Assembly: GCA_048941285.1 (NCBI GenBank) | Contig: JBHLNS010000004.1 | Coordinates: 82,431 to 146,430, forward strand | Length of the DNA: 64,000 nt | Source: Promethearchaeota archaeon | GTDB taxonomy: Archaea > Asgardarchaeota > Lokiarchaeia > Sigyniarchaeales > SOKP01 | Direction of reading: 5' to 3' | In this document: piece by piece, positions 1-9,428 of the stretch | Numbering within the stretch: the stretch's first letter is position 1 | Layout: every line of letters begins with the position of its first letter | Program-made: the position numbers and the translations under genes | Notes under the pieces: model-generated | Database searches by the model: none | The model's input: only the letters and a program-made list of their open reading frames with translations | Told to the model about the DNA's origin: nothing

Positions 1-2
1 TA

Positions 3-680
3 CAAGGATATTATTATATACAGAATATTGCTTCTATGCTTCCATCAATAATTCTTAACCCAAAATCAAATGATACCGTTATCGATATGTGTGCTGCTCC
101 AGGTAGTAAGGCAACACATTTAGCCCAATTAATGAATAATAAAGGTACATTAGTATTGTTAGATAAATCTAAAAATCGAATTCCTGCTTTAGAAGTGAAT
201 TTACGTAGATTAGGAGTAACTAATTCACTAGTATTAAATCTTGATTCAAATAAACTTCCAGAATTAAATATTAAAGCGGATAAGATACTTTTAGATGCCC
301 CGTGTACTGGAGAAGGACTTATAAGGCAAGATCCAAATAGAAAGAAAAGTAAAAAATTAAACGATATTAAGAGAATGGCCTCAATCCAGAAAAGATTACT
401 TCTTGTGGGGTTAAAAACGTTAAAACCCGCAGGTGAATTATTATATAGCACATGCTCTATTGCACCTGAAGAAAATGAATTGGTTATTAATGAGATCCTA
501 GAACAAGAAATAGATTATTCTATATCTGAGATAAACGAATATTACGGTGTTAATGGACTCACTAAAGTATATGGAAAGTCATTGAGAAAGGATTTAAGAT
601 ATTCACAGCGATTATATCCCCATATTCATGATACTATTGGATTTTTTTTATGTTTAATAAGGAAAAAACATGATAAGTAA
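3..680 (+). CDS. RsmB/NOP2-family RNA (cytosine-5) methyltransferase, 5'-truncated by the window edge
   Basis: The frame is open from base 3 (QGYYYIQNIASM...). Motifs DMCAAPGSK, LLDAPCTGEG and LYSTCS (both catalytic Cys) and GFF are present. Confidence 0.93.
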   Translation, partial: QGYYYIQNIASMLPSIILNPKSNDTVIDMCAAPGSKATHLAQLMNNKGTLVLLDKSKNRIPALEVNLRRLGVTNSLVLNLDSNKLPELNIKADKILLDAPCTGEGLIRQDPNRKKSKKLNDIKRMASIQKRLLLVGLKTLKPAGELLYSTCSIAPEENELVINEILEQEIDYSISEINEYYGVNGLTKVYGKSLRKDLRYSQRLYPHIHDTIGFFLCLIRKKHDK

Positions 681-683
681 TTC

Positions 684-1265
684 CTATTGCTTCTCTCTTA
701 GGTATTTTCCCTTATCGCTCAAATTGATTGCAACAAGGTCTTCAGGTTTTAGATTTTGAACTTGACTGCTATTTATAGTTGCTATACTAATACCAATTAT
801 TTCTCCTTCCTCATTAAAAACCAACAAAATGTCTTTTTCTTTATAATCGTAGGTTTCTTTTAAGATCATATTCTTTAAAATATTATTTCCATATAGAATG
901 GATTTTTCTCCCCTTTTATTTACATGCAAGTGTATAACATCAGAGATTAGATCGCTTTTGTACAAGAATTCTGCACCTTCTAAGCTTAAAAAGAATTCTC
1001 CTCTTTTTATTAGGCCAAAATATAAACCTACTAAAGTGATATTATCATAGATATTTAAATTTTTTAGTAAATTTTTTAATTCTTCAGAAAGTAAATATAT
1101 CTGAGGAAAATTCTTAATTGAGGTTTGTTTCTTGATTAAAATATATAAATTATCCTCAATTTCTCTAAAATTCGAAATGACATTTGAAGAAATTGTTGAA
1201 AGGGAATTTTTAATTATTTTTTTTTCAATTTGATTTAAATACCTAAAAATTTTAAAATCTTTCAT
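684..1265 (-). CDS. NIP7-like PUA-domain ribosome biogenesis protein
   Basis: Motifs GLYFG, F(F)LSLEG, GEKSILYGN and a C-terminal NLSDKGKYLR typical of Nip7. It lies next to the NOP2 homolog. Confidence 0.8.
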   Translation of the reverse strand: MKDFKIFRYLNQIEKKIIKNSLSTISSNVISNFREIEDNLYILIKKQTSIKNFPQIYLLSEELKNLLKNLNIYDNITLVGLYFGLIKRGEFFLSLEGAEFLYKSDLISDVIHLHVNKRGEKSILYGNNILKNMILKETYDYKEKDILLVFNEEGEIIGISIATINSSQVQNLKPEDLVAINLSDKGKYLREKQ

Positions 1266-1344
1266 TAGTAGGGAAAATAAAAAGAATTAAGAAGTTTTAT
1301 TATTATTAATCAATAAAGGTATTAAAAAATAGTGTTATCTAAAA

Positions 1345-2058
1345 ATGGGCATTCGTAAGATAGAAGATGAGATTGACTTAAAGGAAGCAATGAAAAAAAA
1401 AGCAACAGAGCTTAAAATGAAAGATCTCCAAGCAAAAGCATCTGTTGAAAAATTTACAAAAGATAAACTACAAGATTTAGCAAGAAGACATGGTGTTTTG
1501 TTAGCTCTAACACCAGAATTGAGAGAAGAGGTAAAAGATTTACAAAAAAAATATAATATTCCTTCTTCAAAAATCATTACTGATCAAATTACAGAACATG
1601 ATGTACTGAAAAAATTCTCCAAAATTGACTATCAAAAATTAGGGATGTTGGCATATCAAAGAGTCTTAATGAGTAAGGAAGAAACAGGAGGAATAATTCC
1701 ATTATCAGAAGTATTTGAACTAGTAAATACAGGAATATTGAAAGGAAATATAAGTGTCAAGGATGTTGAGAAAGCTTTGAAACTCTTGAAAAAAACAAGA
1801 GTAATTGAGGATATTACTCAATTAGATTCAGGAGGTATTATCGTACGATTCTTTCCGATTCAATATACTGCTGATGAATCAAAAGTTGTTGAGTTAGCAA
1901 AAGAAAGAGGAGTTCTTACTTTGGAAGATGTCTGTTCTAATTTGGGATGGTCTCAAGATAGATCGCTAAGAGCATTAGAATCACTTGAAAAAACAGGAAC
2001 TGCGAAATTCAGGGAAAATATTTTAACAGGGAAGCAATGGTACTTTCCATCTTTATAA
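1345..2058 (+). CDS. ESCRT-II subunit, Vps22/Vps36-like (EAP30) winged-helix protein
   Basis: ETGGIIPLSEV, SVKDVEKALKLL, LGWSQDRSLRALESL and terminal WYFPSL match Vps22/SNF8 features. It sits in an ESCRT cluster. Confidence 0.88.
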   Translation: MGIRKIEDEIDLKEAMKKKATELKMKDLQAKASVEKFTKDKLQDLARRHGVLLALTPELREEVKDLQKKYNIPSSKIITDQITEHDVLKKFSKIDYQKLGMLAYQRVLMSKEETGGIIPLSEVFELVNTGILKGNISVKDVEKALKLLKKTRVIEDITQLDSGGIIVRFFPIQYTADESKVVELAKERGVLTLEDVCSNLGWSQDRSLRALESLEKTGTAKFRENILTGKQWYFPSL

Positions 2059-2072
2059 GAAATAGATGATTT

Positions 2073-2975
2073 TTACTCTAATCTAATTTTAAATGCTAAC
2101 TGTCCATTTTCTAATTTTAAAATTTTAGCTTTCCGGTTTTTAGCTAAAATTCTAAATATTTCTTCAAGATCCTCAAGTGGAAGGGAACTAAAATCCTCTT
2201 GTTTTGCTTCTCTTAATTCATATATCATAATTGGCTCAATCTTTCCATTCTCATAACACCAATTATAAATTTCATCTGACCATGCTTCTAAAGTTTTCCA
2301 ATATATTCTTAGTCTCTTTTTTTCCTTTGAAATCCATTTTGCTTGATTTTGACTAATTAATTCTTCAGCGATTTCTTTTATGTATTCTTCTCTTTTTGTG
2401 AAATTTAAAAATGGTTTTCTAGAGCTTACTTCTCTAATGTAAATAATATGAAGAACAGCAAATCTCGCATAATCGAAAAGGACTTTTGCCCACTCTATTT
2501 TCCAAGAAGTATAATCACTTTTATTCTCCTTTTTATTTGGCATTGAATACATGAATTTTTTTCTTTCTTCTTCAAGCCAAGGATAAGCTTTCAATAAATT
2601 TTCATAAGCAGTTAACTTTTTTTCGATTAATCCTTTTTCACCAAGAATTTCCTCCTCAAGGGTTTGAAGTTCTTCTTCTACCTGTTCAGCGTGTTGCCGA
2701 TATAATTTCTGATCTATTTCTCCTAATTTTGAGGAGAGTATATTTTCCAGTTTATCAAATTCTTCTTCTAAATAATTTAATTCAGTAGATTTAATTTCTT
2801 CTTCATTAATGATTTGCTTTTGGGTTGCTTCAATTTCTAATTGTTCTTTCTCTTTTTTTAATAGTCTTAATCTAGCTAATTCTTTCCTTAATTCTTCTAA
2901 CTCCTTTTCAGCTTTTTCCTTGACAGCTTCAGGTATTTCTGCAGGTTTTTCTCTCTGTCTCTCCATTTCAACCAT
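2073..2975 (-). CDS. ESCRT-II subunit Vps25-like protein with a long N-terminal coiled coil
   Basis: The C-terminal half has W...W, IYWKTLEAWSDEIYNW, IYEL and LAKNRKAK, all Vps25-like. The N-terminal ~130 aa are E/K-rich heptads. Confidence 0.85.
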   Translation of the reverse strand: MVEMERQREKPAEIPEAVKEKAEKELEELRKELARLRLLKKEKEQLEIEATQKQIINEEEIKSTELNYLEEEFDKLENILSSKLGEIDQKLYRQHAEQVEEELQTLEEEILGEKGLIEKKLTAYENLLKAYPWLEEERKKFMYSMPNKKENKSDYTSWKIEWAKVLFDYARFAVLHIIYIREVSSRKPFLNFTKREEYIKEIAEELISQNQAKWISKEKKRLRIYWKTLEAWSDEIYNWCYENGKIEPIMIYELREAKQEDFSSLPLEDLEEIFRILAKNRKAKILKLENGQLAFKIRLE

Positions 2976-2984
2976 CGAATTTTA

Positions 2985-4199
2985 TTATATTTCTCCGAAT
3001 TCTTCTGCCCATTCGTTATATTGCTTTAACATCATTTTAGTTGTCATTGGTTTGACTTTCTTAAGAGTCTTCTTAAAATCTTTTAAATCTATATCTCTTA
3101 CATTAACTTCTTTGTCAGAATCTTCTAAAAGGCCGCTCATGTCTAACTCACGTACAGGTAGCATTATAACTTCACGACAAATATTTGCAATATCCCGACC
3201 TGAATATCCTTCAGTTCTTACTGCTAATTCAACGAAATCTTCATCTGTTAATGCAGAATTAACTCCTTCTGTGTGAATTTTAAAGATTCCTGCTCTTGCT
3301 TTTAAATCAGGAAGAGGTACATGCACTCTTTTTTCAAACCTACTCAACATTGCATTATCAATATCCCAAGGTCGATTAGTTGCTCCTAAAACTAATAATG
3401 GTTTGTCATAAGTTGATTTTAATCCTTGTATTTCGCTTAAAAGTTGAGTTTTTACCCTCCTTTCACCACCACTTTCTGAGCCTTCTCCCCGTTTTGTGGC
3501 AACTGAGTCTATTTCATCCATGAATATCAAACTTGGTGCTTTTAATCGGGCAACTTTGAATAAAGAACTTATTAGCTTTTCACTTTCCCCTAACCATTTA
3601 CTCAATAAATCTGCAGATGATGCACTAAAAAAGGTTGCCTTACATTCAGTAGCAGCAGCTTTAGCCAATAATGTCTTCCCACATCCTGGTGGTCCGAATA
3701 GCAAAATACCAGACCAAGGTTTTCTAGCACCTGTAAATAATTGTGGTTTCATAATAGGTAAAACTATTGCTTCCCTCAAAGCTTGCTTAACATTATCCAA
3801 ACCAGCAATGTCTTCCCATTTTATATTTGGAGATTCTGTAACGATTGTGCCTGATATAGTATCAATAAGTTCTTGTTCTTCTGAGGATACAGCAACAGAT
3901 GCAGAATCAGTACTCCCTTCATCTTTCACTGTATTTGCTTTAGGTACATATCTAGCACTTCTAGGGCCACCCAGATGAGATTTTAGAATTTTAGCACGTT
4001 CAACATATTCTTCAATATTTCGTTTACAGAGATTTCTCATTTGTGGGTTTTTATTATATTGCATAAACTGCATAAGAATTTCAGCTGCTCTCTGATACTT
4101 ATTAATAGCTTGTCTATATTTTCCTTGATTATCTAAAGCAACTGCTTCCTTAGCTGTTTGAACGGCATATTGATAGAGTTTCGAATCTACAGAGGACAT
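2985..4199 (-). CDS. vps4: Vps4 AAA+ ATPase with an N-terminal MIT domain
   Basis: MIT (AVALDNQGKY..AI..Y), WEDIAGL, Walker A GPPGCGKT, pore loop SKWLGESEK, Walker B FMDEID, ATNRPWDID and a C-terminal EEFG. Confidence 0.95.
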   Translation of the reverse strand: MSSVDSKLYQYAVQTAKEAVALDNQGKYRQAINKYQRAAEILMQFMQYNKNPQMRNLCKRNIEEYVERAKILKSHLGGPRSARYVPKANTVKDEGSTDSASVAVSSEEQELIDTISGTIVTESPNIKWEDIAGLDNVKQALREAIVLPIMKPQLFTGARKPWSGILLFGPPGCGKTLLAKAAATECKATFFSASSADLLSKWLGESEKLISSLFKVARLKAPSLIFMDEIDSVATKRGEGSESGGERRVKTQLLSEIQGLKSTYDKPLLVLGATNRPWDIDNAMLSRFEKRVHVPLPDLKARAGIFKIHTEGVNSALTDEDFVELAVRTEGYSGRDIANICREVIMLPVRELDMSGLLEDSDKEVNVRDIDLKDFKKTLKKVKPMTTKMMLKQYNEWAEEFGEI

Positions 4200-4396
4200 A
4201 ATAACTAAATCAAAACAATTTTTCTATTTAAAGCTAATCTAATCTGATAATTAATAATAATAATTTTATTAGTATATATCAAATTTTCTGTTAAAACAAC
4301 GAGAATAATCTCAATCGATATTAAATAATTATTGGTCTCCAAAAATAATTATATAAGACCGAAGTTTTATATATATTATATAATTACTAATAATTT

Positions 4397-5032
4397 TTGA
4401 TGAATATGGGTTTTCTAAAAGATCTCTCTGGTTGGTTAAGTGGAGGGAAAAAAAAAGACACGGTAAGGACCGCAACAGTCAAATTAAAAGTGTTTAATAA
4501 ACGCTTAATGAGACAGACTAAAAAAATGGAGATGTCAGCAAAATTAGCTAGAGATAAAGCTGTAAATCTCCGAAAACAGGGTGATATGCAAGGTTCAGAA
4601 TTTCACGCACGAAATTATCTCCAAGTAAAAAAGCAAGCACGTGCAATTGACCTCTTCAGAACAAATCTCGAGGGAATGGTCTTCAAATTAGAACAGGCTC
4701 ATGCTGTTAAGGATGTTGCAGAAATAATGAGGGGAATTGCTTCAAGTCTAGGTGCTTTAAAAAATCAACTTTCTATACCTCAACTTACAGAATTGATGAC
4801 TTCTATTGGTGTTGATATGGAAGATTTCGCTGTTACAGAGGAACTTACAACTGATGGTATCAATGATATAATGGTTGACACTGCTGTTACTGATACAGAT
4901 GTTAAGGAGGTTTTAGGGGAAATAGATGCTGAAATCCAAGTAGAAATGGGTGTTGCACTACCCACAGCAGGATCTGATGAGAAAATAGCCGAATTAGAGA
5001 AAGAGCTGAATCGTCTTAAATCAGATGAGTAA
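4397..5032 (+). CDS. ESCRT-III subunit, Vps2/24/46 (CHMP1-3)-like; probable start is the ATG at 4406
   Basis: N-terminal amphipathic MGFLKDLSGWL, a basic helical hairpin, an acidic C-half and a terminal MIM1-like ELEKELNRLK. Divergent from vps4. Confidence 0.9.
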   Translation: MMNMGFLKDLSGWLSGGKKKDTVRTATVKLKVFNKRLMRQTKKMEMSAKLARDKAVNLRKQGDMQGSEFHARNYLQVKKQARAIDLFRTNLEGMVFKLEQAHAVKDVAEIMRGIASSLGALKNQLSIPQLTELMTSIGVDMEDFAVTEELTTDGINDIMVDTAVTDTDVKEVLGEIDAEIQVEMGVALPTAGSDEKIAELEKELNRLKSDE

Positions 5033-5182
5033 TTAATTACTTTTATTAAATTTATATTAATTTTCTTATAGTTTCTGGTATTTTCTATTTTTAATTTTAA
5101 AATTAAAATATAAAAGAATTTTATTTATGATTAAATGATAATATATCATAATTAATCTAATTCGAAACATATTATATGTAAA

Positions 5183-5743
5183 ATGTCACAATATTCTTTT
5201 AAAGTAATTATAGTTGGGCCCCCAGCAGTAGGTAAGACAAGCCTTCTAAATAGATTTGTAAACAACGAGTTTGATTTAAGTTACAAACTAACTATTGGCG
5301 TTGATTTTTTAACAAAAAATATAGAATATGAACCATCAAAAATAGCAAAACTCCAAATATGGGATATAGGTGCTCAAGACCGATTCAAATTTCTGCATCG
5401 AAGTTTTTACGAAGGTGCTTTTGGAGCATTGGTTGTATTTGATCTTTCTAGACAACAGACATTTATGGGTATGAAGACATGGGTTTCTGAGATGCGTAGT
5501 ATTTTGCCAGATAACATTCCTAAAATTATCATTGGAAATAAATGCGATCTAATTCCCGATGTTGGACAGGTTATAGATAGAAATGAAGTAGAAGAATATA
5601 TAAAAAAAGAAGGCTGTAGATATATTGAAACTTCGGCCAAAACAGGAGATAATGTTGAGAAGGCTTTTTACGAGCTTACTCAAAACATGGTACAGAGAAT
5701 GGTAAATATTATTAGCAGTAATAAAGAAAGACAAATGAATTAA
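5183..5743 (+). CDS. Rab-like small GTPase (Ras superfamily)
   Basis: G1 GPPAVGKT, G2 TIGVDF, G3 WDIGAQ, G4 NKCD, G5 TSAK. No C-terminal Cys motif. Confidence 0.93.
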   Translation: MSQYSFKVIIVGPPAVGKTSLLNRFVNNEFDLSYKLTIGVDFLTKNIEYEPSKIAKLQIWDIGAQDRFKFLHRSFYEGAFGALVVFDLSRQQTFMGMKTWVSEMRSILPDNIPKIIIGNKCDLIPDVGQVIDRNEVEEYIKKEGCRYIETSAKTGDNVEKAFYELTQNMVQRMVNIISSNKERQMN

Positions 5744-5866
5744 CCACAAAAAATTAATTTTAAATCTTTACCAAAAATTCTCTAATAATATTTTCTTAGC
5801 AAAATTATTAAAAGACTATTTTCTATTTTAAACTTATTCTATATATCAATGTTATATATTTAATTA

Positions 5867-6889
5867 GTGAAATTTATGGATTATCCAGAATTAATCACCA
5901 TCGGAAGCAATACCTTAGATATATTGATTGAAATCGATGATATCTTGCGCTTTGAATTATTCGATAAAGAAATCATAAAAAAGTACACTGCTATTGAATA
6001 TTCTCGAAAATTGAATGTTAAAAATGTTAGATTTGTACCAGGAGGGTCAGGTGCCAATATCGCAGCAAATTGTTCGATGTTGGGTATAAAAACTGCATTT
6101 ATTGGTGTAATGGGTAGTGATTTTTCAGCAGAAATTTGTTTAACTGATATGAAAAAAAGAGGTGTAGATTTATCTAAAGTAATTCAAACTGATAAAGATA
6201 CAACAGCATTATCAATTATATTAAAAACTCCATGGGGAAAAGATAGAAGCATCCTTGCCTATAAGGGTGCAAATAATCTCTTAAAACCCTCAGATGTTAA
6301 TGAAGAACTTTTTAGTAATATTAAAGCATTTGCTTGGACCTCTTTAACTAAAGATGATGCTTGTAAAGCTATAGAAAAAGCGATAACTCTTACAAAGGAT
6401 AAGGGTGGTATGATTTTCGCTGCTCCAAGTATGTCAATTATTAAAAATGCTCCTAATTGGGCAAAAATCCTTATTTCTAATTCAGATGTAGTATCGATGA
6501 ATTTAGAAGAGGCTCAAGAATTTACAGGAGAAAACAAAAAAACTCTTATGATTAAAAACTTCTTGGAGATGGGAATTAAACTGATTTCTATAACTGATGG
6601 CCCAAATGGGTCAATCATATCAGATGGAAAGACAATAATAAATAGCGGAGTTTACAGTGCGGGAAAAGTTGAAGATACTACTGGAGCGGGTGACGCTTTT
6701 CTAGCTGGAATCTTAGTCTCTTGTTTAAATAATTTTTCTCTTGAAAAAACTTCAAAAATGGCTACAGCAATGAGCTTCTTGGAATGCAAAGAAATTGGAG
6801 TTCGCGAAGGATTACCCAACAGTTTAGAAGAACTTGAAAACTTCATAAATAATAATACTATTAAACAAGTTATTTCGGAGATTATTTAA
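5867..6889 (+). CDS. PfkB/ribokinase-family carbohydrate kinase
   Basis: PGGSGANIA, NLEEA and DTTGAGDAF motifs. Confidence 0.92.
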   Translation: MKFMDYPELITIGSNTLDILIEIDDILRFELFDKEIIKKYTAIEYSRKLNVKNVRFVPGGSGANIAANCSMLGIKTAFIGVMGSDFSAEICLTDMKKRGVDLSKVIQTDKDTTALSIILKTPWGKDRSILAYKGANNLLKPSDVNEELFSNIKAFAWTSLTKDDACKAIEKAITLTKDKGGMIFAAPSMSIIKNAPNWAKILISNSDVVSMNLEEAQEFTGENKKTLMIKNFLEMGIKLISITDGPNGSIISDGKTIINSGVYSAGKVEDTTGAGDAFLAGILVSCLNNFSLEKTSKMATAMSFLECKEIGVREGLPNSLEELENFINNNTIKQVISEII

Positions 6890-6922
6890 TTCTGTCAAAA
6901 AATATAAAATAGATGTTTTTGC

Positions 6923-7807
6923 ATGAAAAAGTCAAAATATTTAAGATCCGTTATAATTTTTTGTGTTTATTGTATATTTTGGGTAGGAATTTCTATAGCA
7001 ATGTCAAGAATTTTGGGTTATGGCGTAAATTTATCACCAATAATTCCTTTCAGAGATGCAGGCTTGGAAATTGGATTTATTTCTATTCTATTTTTACCAT
7101 TAGCATCAATAGTAGGGACATTAATAGGAGGATATTTGTTTACTCCATTATATCTATTTTCACACACAAAAATATTTAGAAATCGATATGAGTATGGAAT
7201 TAATATTAAACCAAATTACGAAAAATTCAAATTTGCATCTCAAGGATTGTTTACTTCCTTAATGGCAATTAATATTTCTTTACTTTTATTGAATCCTGAT
7301 TCAGTCCGCTTAATAATTGGAAATTTTAGCATTCTGCCTCAAAACTTAACACCTGATCATTATACAATCGCTTTTGTTATATTATTGGTTTTTACATTCG
7401 CTTTCACTAATTTATTATTCTCTCCTACTTGGTTTTTGATGGATTCAGGAATTCTTTATTCAAATAAAATGAAATTAACTCAAACAAATAAACCTCTAGA
7501 AATTAGATCAGTAGGAAGATGGTATGAACAATTTTTAAAAGGGTATGCGGGCGTCTCTGTTTTACTTTCATATATTGAGTTTATCACTATCTTTTTCATT
7601 GCAGCTGGTAATAATCTAGCATTATTTATTATTGAACTGATAATGTTTATCCCGTTTCCATTCATACTAATTATTCCATCTATTCCTGCTTTAATTATAT
7701 TAGATAAAATTAAAGAAAAAAGAAGTAATTACATTCTAAATAAGGCAAGAAAACTTGGAATTGCAGATACAATGGAAGTTTCAACTACTCTTAAAGAAGA
7801 AATTTAA
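6923..7807 (+). CDS. Hypothetical multi-pass membrane protein
   Basis: 294-aa ORF with about 6 hydrophobic segments. Confidence 0.75.
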   Translation: MKKSKYLRSVIIFCVYCIFWVGISIAMSRILGYGVNLSPIIPFRDAGLEIGFISILFLPLASIVGTLIGGYLFTPLYLFSHTKIFRNRYEYGINIKPNYEKFKFASQGLFTSLMAINISLLLLNPDSVRLIIGNFSILPQNLTPDHYTIAFVILLVFTFAFTNLLFSPTWFLMDSGILYSNKMKLTQTNKPLEIRSVGRWYEQFLKGYAGVSVLLSYIEFITIFFIAAGNNLALFIIELIMFIPFPFILIIPSIPALIILDKIKEKRSNYILNKARKLGIADTMEVSTTLKEEI

Positions 7808-7888
7808 ATCCTATTCTTTTTGTTAATAGTCGCTTTTTTAGAATCATTAAATTTTAATTTTTTAATGTATTCTTATTAATGTTACCAT

Positions 7889-7960
7889 GCGCTCTTAGTA
7901 TAGTGGTAAGTATGCCAGGTTGCCAACCTGGCGACCCGGGTTCAATTCCCGGAGGGCGCA
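7889..7960 (+). tRNA. tRNA-Gly (GCC)
   Basis: Cloverleaf with acceptor GCGCTCT/AGGGCGC, anticodon arm CCAGG-TTGCCAA-CCTGG and T arm CCGGG-TTCAATT-CCCGG. CCA is not encoded. Confidence 0.97.
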
Positions 7961-8071
7961 TATTTTTAACTATATCCTAACGGATATTTAATAAAAGGCG
8001 AAATGAAATGAATAAATTATTATACAAGTAAATTATATATTAATCTATTAATCCATTTTCTTTGTGCAAAA

Positions 8072-9088
8072 ATGAATGTAGATATATCAGATGGTATTGA
8101 AAGTGGGGATATTATAATTAAAGTGTTAACGACAAATACTTCAATGTCATCATTATTAACAGATGAAAAATTTGAAGGGAAAGTAATACAACCTCATTCA
8201 AATGCGAGTAAATATATCGGAGAACATGGGCTTGCATTAAGTATAGAAATAACACAAGAAGACGAAATAAAAAAATATTTGCTGGATGCTGGGGGTCCTA
8301 AAAATTCAGTAATATCTAACGCGGAAGCTATGGGTATAGATTTCAAGGATTATAATAAACTAATCTTGAGTCATGGTCATATAGATCATTTTGGTGGTTT
8401 GATAAATATCCTACCCAAACTAAAAGAAGAATGTGAATTAATTTTAACCCCAGAATCTTATAATCAAAACATTATTTTAGTTCCAAAATCAAATCAAGAT
8501 TTTTATTCTCCCGAAGTGTTAACAGAAAAATTCCATGAATTAGAAAAAGAAAATAAGTTTAGATTTAATATTAAATTGCCATCGCTGAATAGAAAAATAA
8601 TTGAAAACTTAATAGAGCAAAATAAACTTAAAATTACAATGACTCAAGATCCTATTAAATTATCCTCAGGGATCACGACAAGTGGAGAAATTGAAATTTT
8701 TGATGAGAATGAACTTACGAAAGGGATCTATTTAATGAAAAGTAGAAAAGAGTTTGCAAAAAACACCTTTAGAGACGAAATTTCAATTTATATTAATGTG
8801 AAGGATAAAGGACTTGTAGTAATTACCGGATGCGGGCATGTAGGAATCGTGAATACAATAAAACATGGCCAAAACTTAACGGGAATAAATAAAATATATG
8901 CTTTAATCGGTGGATTTCATAAAGAATGGGAAAAGATTGAAAATATTAAGGAATCCGTTCTATTTATTGAAAATTTAAATCCAGAAATAACTTGTGGGAT
9001 GCATTGTACTGGATTTGAATTTAACAAAATTATGTCTAGACATCAATCTCATACGCTCGGTATTGTTGGAACTGAATTTCATTTATAG
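8072..9088 (+). CDS. Metallo-beta-lactamase-fold hydrolase (DHPS/MJ0301-like subfamily)
   Basis: EHGL, LDAG, SHGHIDHFGG, TGCGHVG, GGFH and HCTG motifs. Confidence 0.9.
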   Translation: MNVDISDGIESGDIIIKVLTTNTSMSSLLTDEKFEGKVIQPHSNASKYIGEHGLALSIEITQEDEIKKYLLDAGGPKNSVISNAEAMGIDFKDYNKLILSHGHIDHFGGLINILPKLKEECELILTPESYNQNIILVPKSNQDFYSPEVLTEKFHELEKENKFRFNIKLPSLNRKIIENLIEQNKLKITMTQDPIKLSSGITTSGEIEIFDENELTKGIYLMKSRKEFAKNTFRDEISIYINVKDKGLVVITGCGHVGIVNTIKHGQNLTGINKIYALIGGFHKEWEKIENIKESVLFIENLNPEITCGMHCTGFEFNKIMSRHQSHTLGIVGTEFHL

Positions 9089-9138
9089 TCTGATATTTAT
9101 TTTTTAGGTTTATATTACCTAGAACTTCTGTGAAGATA

Positions 9139-9301
9139 TACATAGGATATGTACAAAATAGCGTGAAAGGTCTGTTTCACGAACTTTTAAAAAATTTTTC
9201 ATCAAATTGTTTTTCATACAATTTAATATATAACATTGATTCAATGATAGAATGATATTTTAAAATATCTACATTTTCGTGAGGCAAGGCACGAAAATAT
9301 A
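9139..9301. terminator. Cluster of hairpins/palindromes between convergent genes (possible terminator or structured RNA)
   Basis: TACATA/TATGTA at 9139-9153, CGTGAAA/TTTCACG at 9162-9181, palindrome GATATTTTAAAATATC at 9254-9269, and ATTTTCGTG/CACGAAAAT at 9273-9298. Confidence 0.35.
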
Positions 9302-9428
9302 CAAGCTATAACTGAAGCTGTCCATAAATATAGAATATATCGAAAATAGGTTTAATTTTTTTTTTAAAATTCTCTATTTTTATAATTGAATATTAATATT
9401 CCCTTCGAAACTCAACGTTAATTAGTAA

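Noticed and set aside
4406-4411. Met-Gly start of ESCRT-III as a myristoylation signal
   Set aside because: N-myristoyltransferase is not established in archaea, and the amphipathic helix alone explains membrane binding.
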